Below, in pieces: positions 60,389 through 64,000 of a stretch of 64,000 nt of DNA; positions within the stretch are counted from its first letter, which is position 1, and each line of letters starts with the position of its first letter. Both the position numbers and the translations under genes were made by a program. The notes under the pieces are model-generated. The model had not been told where the DNA came from. It ran no database searches and saw nothing but the letters and a program-made list of their open reading frames with translations. This DNA comes from Bacteroidales bacterium (GTDB taxonomy: Bacteria > Bacteroidota > Bacteroidia > Bacteroidales > WCHB1-69), in assembly GCA_017651425.1 (NCBI GenBank), contig JAGCCZ010000041.1, positions 44,767-108,766 on the forward strand, written 5' to 3'.

Positions 60389-61744
60389 CTAACCAGCTAT
60401 CATCTTCCCGATTTCCGGCACCAGCCGGTCAATGTCTCCTGCACCGATGGTGAGGAGCACCTCTTGCGGGTGGGCGGCCAAGTAGGGGAGAAGTTCCTCT
60501 TTTTGTAGGACAATCTTGTGCGGGTTGTCGATAAGGGATAGCAGATACTCGGAGTCGATGCCGGGGATGGGCTGCTCGCGGGCAGGGTATATGGGCAACA
60601 GGATCACTTGGTCCAACGGGGCGAGCACGTCGGCGAAGTCCTGCGCAAAATCGCGGGTGCGGCTGTAGAGATGCGGTTGGAAAATACCCGTGATGTGTTT
60701 GTCCGGATAGATTTTGCGAACGGCCGTGATGAAGGAGTGCATCTCTTCGGGGTGGTGGGCATAGTCGTCGATAAAGACCACCCTCTTGTTGTCCACGATG
60801 TAGTCGAAACGGCGCTTCACTCCCGCAAAGGAGTTGAGTTTCTCCCGGATAAGTCCCTCGGTGAAATTATCATGCACAGGGCCATTGCTGTGGCTCTCCT
60901 CCATCAGGGCGGCCACGGCGGCGGTGGCGTTGAGCACGTTGTACAGGCCGTTGGCATGCAATTGCAAGTCCGTCAGTGTGCCGCTGGGCGTGCGCAGGTC
61001 GAATGTCGCGCTGTTGGGGGATAATGTAATATTGTATGCCTGATAGTCTGCGTCGGAACCAACACCATATACCCGTTTGTTGGGGTGCTGAATGTGACTG
61101 GCGACATTTTCTTCGACGATTACGGTCTTGGACTGCCGGGCGAATTGCTGGAAAGCCGCGATAAGGTTCTCGTGTGTGCCGTAGATGTCCAGATGGTCGG
61201 CATCCATCGCCGTGATGATGGCGACGGAGGGGTGCAGGGTCAGGAAGGAGCGGTCGTACTCGTCGGCTTCGGCCACGGCCATGACAGGCTGCGGGGCGAG
61301 CACAAGGTTGTCGTTGAAGTTCTTGGCAATGCCGCCGATGAAGGCGACAATGTGTACCTGCGGGGAGAGCAGATGCGACACCATGGAGGTTGTGGTGGTC
61401 TTGCCGTGCGTGCCGGCCACGGCGATGGAAGGCATCCTCTCAGTGATAGAGCCCAGCACTTGGGACCGTTTGTACAAGAGAATTCCTTTCTCCAACAAAT
61501 ACTGGAACTCCGCATTGCTTCGGGGCACCGCCGGCGTATAAATGGCAAAGTCCAGCGTTTGGGGTATCTTTTGGATGTTGTCGTCAAAATGGATGACGGC
61601 ACCCTTCTCTTCCAGCATTTTGGTGATGGGGGATGGCGTGAGGTCATAGCCATATACGGCAGCGCCCTCGGACAGGAAATACTGCGCCAAGGCACTCATG
61701 CCGATGCCTCCGATGCCTAAAAAGTAGATTCGCTTATTTTTCAT
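60389..61744 (-). CDS. murC: UDP-N-acetylmuramate--L-alanine ligase
   Basis: Start at MKNKRIYFLGIGGIGMSALAQYF, with GTHGKTTTTSMV and a Mur ligase C-terminal domain. The upstream 63 codons of the ORF overlap the preceding gene and were discarded. Confidence 0.75.
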   Translation of the reverse strand: MKNKRIYFLGIGGIGMSALAQYFLSEGAAVYGYDLTPSPITKMLEEKGAVIHFDDNIQKIPQTLDFAIYTPAVPRSNAEFQYLLEKGILLYKRSQVLGSITERMPSIAVAGTHGKTTTTSMVSHLLSPQVHIVAFIGGIAKNFNDNLVLAPQPVMAVAEADEYDRSFLTLHPSVAIITAMDADHLDIYGTHENLIAAFQQFARQSKTVIVEENVASHIQHPNKRVYGVGSDADYQAYNITLSPNSATFDLRTPSGTLTDLQLHANGLYNVLNATAAVAALMEESHSNGPVHDNFTEGLIREKLNSFAGVKRRFDYIVDNKRVVFIDDYAHHPEEMHSFITAVRKIYPDKHITGIFQPHLYSRTRDFAQDFADVLAPLDQVILLPIYPAREQPIPGIDSEYLLSLIDNPHKIVLQKEELLPYLAAHPQEVLLTIGAGDIDRLVPEIGKMIAG

Positions 61745-63752
61745 AGATGAGGAAGACGGTTCTGCGGTTCTTGGCGCGTCCGGCGGCGGTCCCGTTGTCG
61801 GCGATGGGCTGCGACTCGCCATAGCCCTTGTAGCGCAACCGGTCGGCAGGGACGCCCTTCCCGATGACGTAGTCGTAAACCGCCTTGGCACGCTGGTCAG
61901 AGAGCTTGAGATTGGCATCGTCGTTGCCCACATTGTCAGTGTGACCTTGGATCTCCACCTTCACTGTAGGGTTCTCCTTGAGGAATTCGATAAAGAGGGC
62001 CAACACGATCTTGGAGTTGGCAGTGAGCTGGTAGGAGTTGGTCTCATAGTAGATGTCGCGCAGGTCGCACACCTTGCCGGTCTCGATGGCCTTCACCTCG
62101 GCGTCTTTGACGATGACGGGCTCTTCGAGTTGCTCGGGGGTGACCACCTGCGAGTCGAAGGAGTGTCCCTCCTTCTTGACGGTGACGATGAGCGGCTGCG
62201 GGTTGTCCTTCTTGACTTCGGCGGCCACGGCGTATTGCTGGTTGTTGGCGCTGACCACGCCGGTGGCGACCACGTTGGCTGCGGTGTCGCGCACCTCGAC
62301 GGTGGCGCCTTCCAGGTCGCCGTCGTCAGCAGTGACGGTTCCCTTGATGATGGCCATTGTGTGCGGACGGGCATCCTCGTAAAGCTCAAATTGGTAGAAA
62401 TTCCAGTCACCGCCTTCGATCTTTCGGGAGCAGAAATAGCCGGTCTTGCCGTCCAAGCTGACGAAAAAGTTCACGTCGTCGCCTTCGGAGTTGATTGGAT
62501 AGCCGATGTTCGTGGGCTTTTCCCAATTCTTGTTTTCGTTAAGTTTGGAGAAGAAGATGTCCTGTCCGCCGATGCAGTCGTGCCCGTTGGAGGAGAAGTA
62601 TAGCGTCTTGCTGTCGGTATGCAGGAAAGGGGAACGCTCGTCGAGTTCGGTGTTGATGACAGGGCCGAGGTTGATGGGCTTGCGCCAGGTGCCGTCGCTG
62701 TTGCGACGGGTGTACCAGATGTCGGATCCCCCGATGCTGCCGGGACGGTCGGAGGCGAAGAAGAGCAACTTGCCGTCTGAGCTGAGTGAGGGTTGCGACT
62801 CCCACGAGTCCGGACGGTTGATGTTGTCGCTGAGACTTTTAGGCTCAGTCCAATAGCCATCGATGAGCTCGGAATAATAGAGGTCGTAGTTGTTGTAGCT
62901 GTGCCCTTTGATGGTGGTGGGCACCAGTTTGGCGAAGATGAGGAGGTCGTTGGTGATGTTGACGGTGGGGCTGCCTTCGCCCTTGGAGTTGTTGAAGGGC
63001 TCGTCAAGTGGCTTGCCGGCAGGGAAATGGCCGTTCTTCTTCTCGCTGCAGCTGAAGAACTCCTTTTTGGTCTTCTCGCTGCCGAAGAAGCTGTCCTCGT
63101 TGACCTCCTGCCGGCGGGTGAAGTAGAAGAGGCTGCCGTCGGGCGAGAGGGTGCCCAAGTATTCGTCGGCCTTGGTGGAGATGCCCTCCACAGCTTTCGG
63201 GTCGAAAGGCACGGGGTTGTTGAGCACCTTGTCGAAAAAGGTGGCGCGGCGGATGAGAATCTTGCTCTCCTGCAGCATGGTGTCCTTGGTGCCCGTGAAG
63301 GCATCGGGATTGTCCACAATCACCTGTGCGAACTTGATGGCCTCTGGGAAGCGCTCGTTGGCGTAGGCCAGACGCATGGCGTAGTAGTTGCAGTGGATCT
63401 TGTAATACGGACAGACATCGTACATGCGGTTGAACGCCGCCAGAGCCTTGTTTACGTCCGATTTGTCCTTGGTCCTCGACTGCAAGTTGTTGGCCTCCAA
63501 AGGTAAATAGAGTCCGAGGGCATAGTAGTAATTGACATCCAAATACTCTGGATGCTCCTCTAAAATCTCGTCATAGAGTTCGTAGGCTTCGTCTTTCTTG
63601 CCGCTTTTGTGCAGGTCCCGGGCCTTCTTGTAGAGTTTCTCGCTGGCCTTGTCCATCGTTTGGGTGCAGGGGTCCTCTTCTTGCGCGCATACGGGCAAGA
63701 CAAGAAACGTGAACCACACGCCGAACAGCATCGGGAACCAGAACTTTATCAT
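61734..63752 (-). CDS. OmpA-family protein with TPR and TolB-like beta-propeller repeats
   Basis: Signal peptide, N-terminal TPR-like helices, repeated SPDG/SSDGK..FFAS WD40-like blades, and the C-terminal OmpA motif VEIQGHTDNVGNDDANLKLSDQRAKAV...NRRTVF. Confidence 0.85.
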   Translation of the reverse strand: MIKFWFPMLFGVWFTFLVLPVCAQEEDPCTQTMDKASEKLYKKARDLHKSGKKDEAYELYDEILEEHPEYLDVNYYYALGLYLPLEANNLQSRTKDKSDVNKALAAFNRMYDVCPYYKIHCNYYAMRLAYANERFPEAIKFAQVIVDNPDAFTGTKDTMLQESKILIRRATFFDKVLNNPVPFDPKAVEGISTKADEYLGTLSPDGSLFYFTRRQEVNEDSFFGSEKTKKEFFSCSEKKNGHFPAGKPLDEPFNNSKGEGSPTVNITNDLLIFAKLVPTTIKGHSYNNYDLYYSELIDGYWTEPKSLSDNINRPDSWESQPSLSSDGKLLFFASDRPGSIGGSDIWYTRRNSDGTWRKPINLGPVINTELDERSPFLHTDSKTLYFSSNGHDCIGGQDIFFSKLNENKNWEKPTNIGYPINSEGDDVNFFVSLDGKTGYFCSRKIEGGDWNFYQFELYEDARPHTMAIIKGTVTADDGDLEGATVEVRDTAANVVATGVVSANNQQYAVAAEVKKDNPQPLIVTVKKEGHSFDSQVVTPEQLEEPVIVKDAEVKAIETGKVCDLRDIYYETNSYQLTANSKIVLALFIEFLKENPTVKVEIQGHTDNVGNDDANLKLSDQRAKAVYDYVIGKGVPADRLRYKGYGESQPIADNGTAAGRAKNRRTVFLIYEK

Positions 63753-63794
63753 CTTGAGAGGGTGCTCAAAGGTGATTAACGTCGGATTGTGCTT

Positions 63795-64000
63795 TTAATT
63801 GTCCTTGATGACCGTCTCGCCGGCCTCGATGATCTTGACGAAGTCGTCGGCCTTGAGGGAGGCGCCGCCGATGAGGCCGCCGTCCACGTCTTGTTGGGAG
63901 AAGAGCTCGAGGGCGTTTTTGGCATTGCAGCTGCCGCCATAAAGGATGTAGGTGTTCACCGCCATCTCGGTGCCGAACTTCTTCTCGATAGCGCTGCGGA
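63795..64000 (-). CDS. tpiA: triosephosphate isomerase, C-terminal part (gene continues beyond window end)
   Basis: My translation of the minus strand gives ...[50 protein letters not shown]-stop, the conserved TIM C-terminus. Confidence 0.8.
   Translation of the reverse strand, partial: RSAIEKKFGTEMAVNTYILYGGSCNAKNALELFSQQDVDGGLIGGASLKADDFVKIIEAGETVIKDN

Noticed and set aside
1-64000. Scan for rRNA, tRNA, tmRNA, RNase P, SRP RNA, transposase, integrase or phage genes
   Set aside because: By eye I saw no cloverleaf-compatible segment, no conserved RNase P/SRP/tmRNA core sequence, and no DDE or tyrosine-recombinase ORF. This is a visual scan only, so small RNAs could have been missed.

Overview
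This is a GC-rich chromosomal segment from a Bacteroidota genome (Bacteroidales, Prevotella-like). The assignment rests on TAnnTTTG -7 promoter boxes, T9SS type-A and type-B C-terminal sorting domains, a TonB-dependent receptor/DUF4249 pair and many lipoprotein signal peptides. Most of the 64 kb is ordinary core metabolism and envelope function: kal-kce, pgi, a Na+/solute symporter, aqpZ, a Sir2 deacylase, pfkA, mnmE, kbl, a 2048-aa thioester alpha-2-macroglobulin downstream of an ECF sigma/anti-sigma pair, an M16 peptidase, a GH57/glycogen-synthase/debranching cluster, mtgA, murC, an OmpA-TPR protein and tpiA. The clear outlier is a visibly AT-rich island of about 8.8 kb (about 7.9-16.75 kb) between kce and a TlpA-like gene. 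It holds four tandem orphan Rhs C-terminal toxin cassettes, each with its own signal-peptide immunity gene, plus two toxin-less immunity genes that carry toxin 3' remnants. A modular GC-rich hairpin repeat (CCCC-N4-GGGG units plus AGTGATC heptamers) punctuates the island. It forms the 5' leader of three cassettes, closes the array, and occurs once in inverted orientation. No full-length Rhs, PAAR, VgrG, T6SS or recombinase gene is in the window. Four other items deserve a second look. First, an uncharacterised VOC + 2x HdrC-like + membrane HdrD/DsrMK-like operon lies divergent from the TlpA-like gene. Second, stop-codon-rich 7- and 8-bp tandem repeats sit exactly at gene 3' ends. Third, copies of the hairpin repeat bracket the A2M gene. 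Fourth, a roughly 550-bp highly structured non-coding stretch lies upstream of A2M. I recognised no rRNA, tRNA, CRISPR array, transposase or integrase. All functional calls come from motif recognition by eye; no database search was possible.
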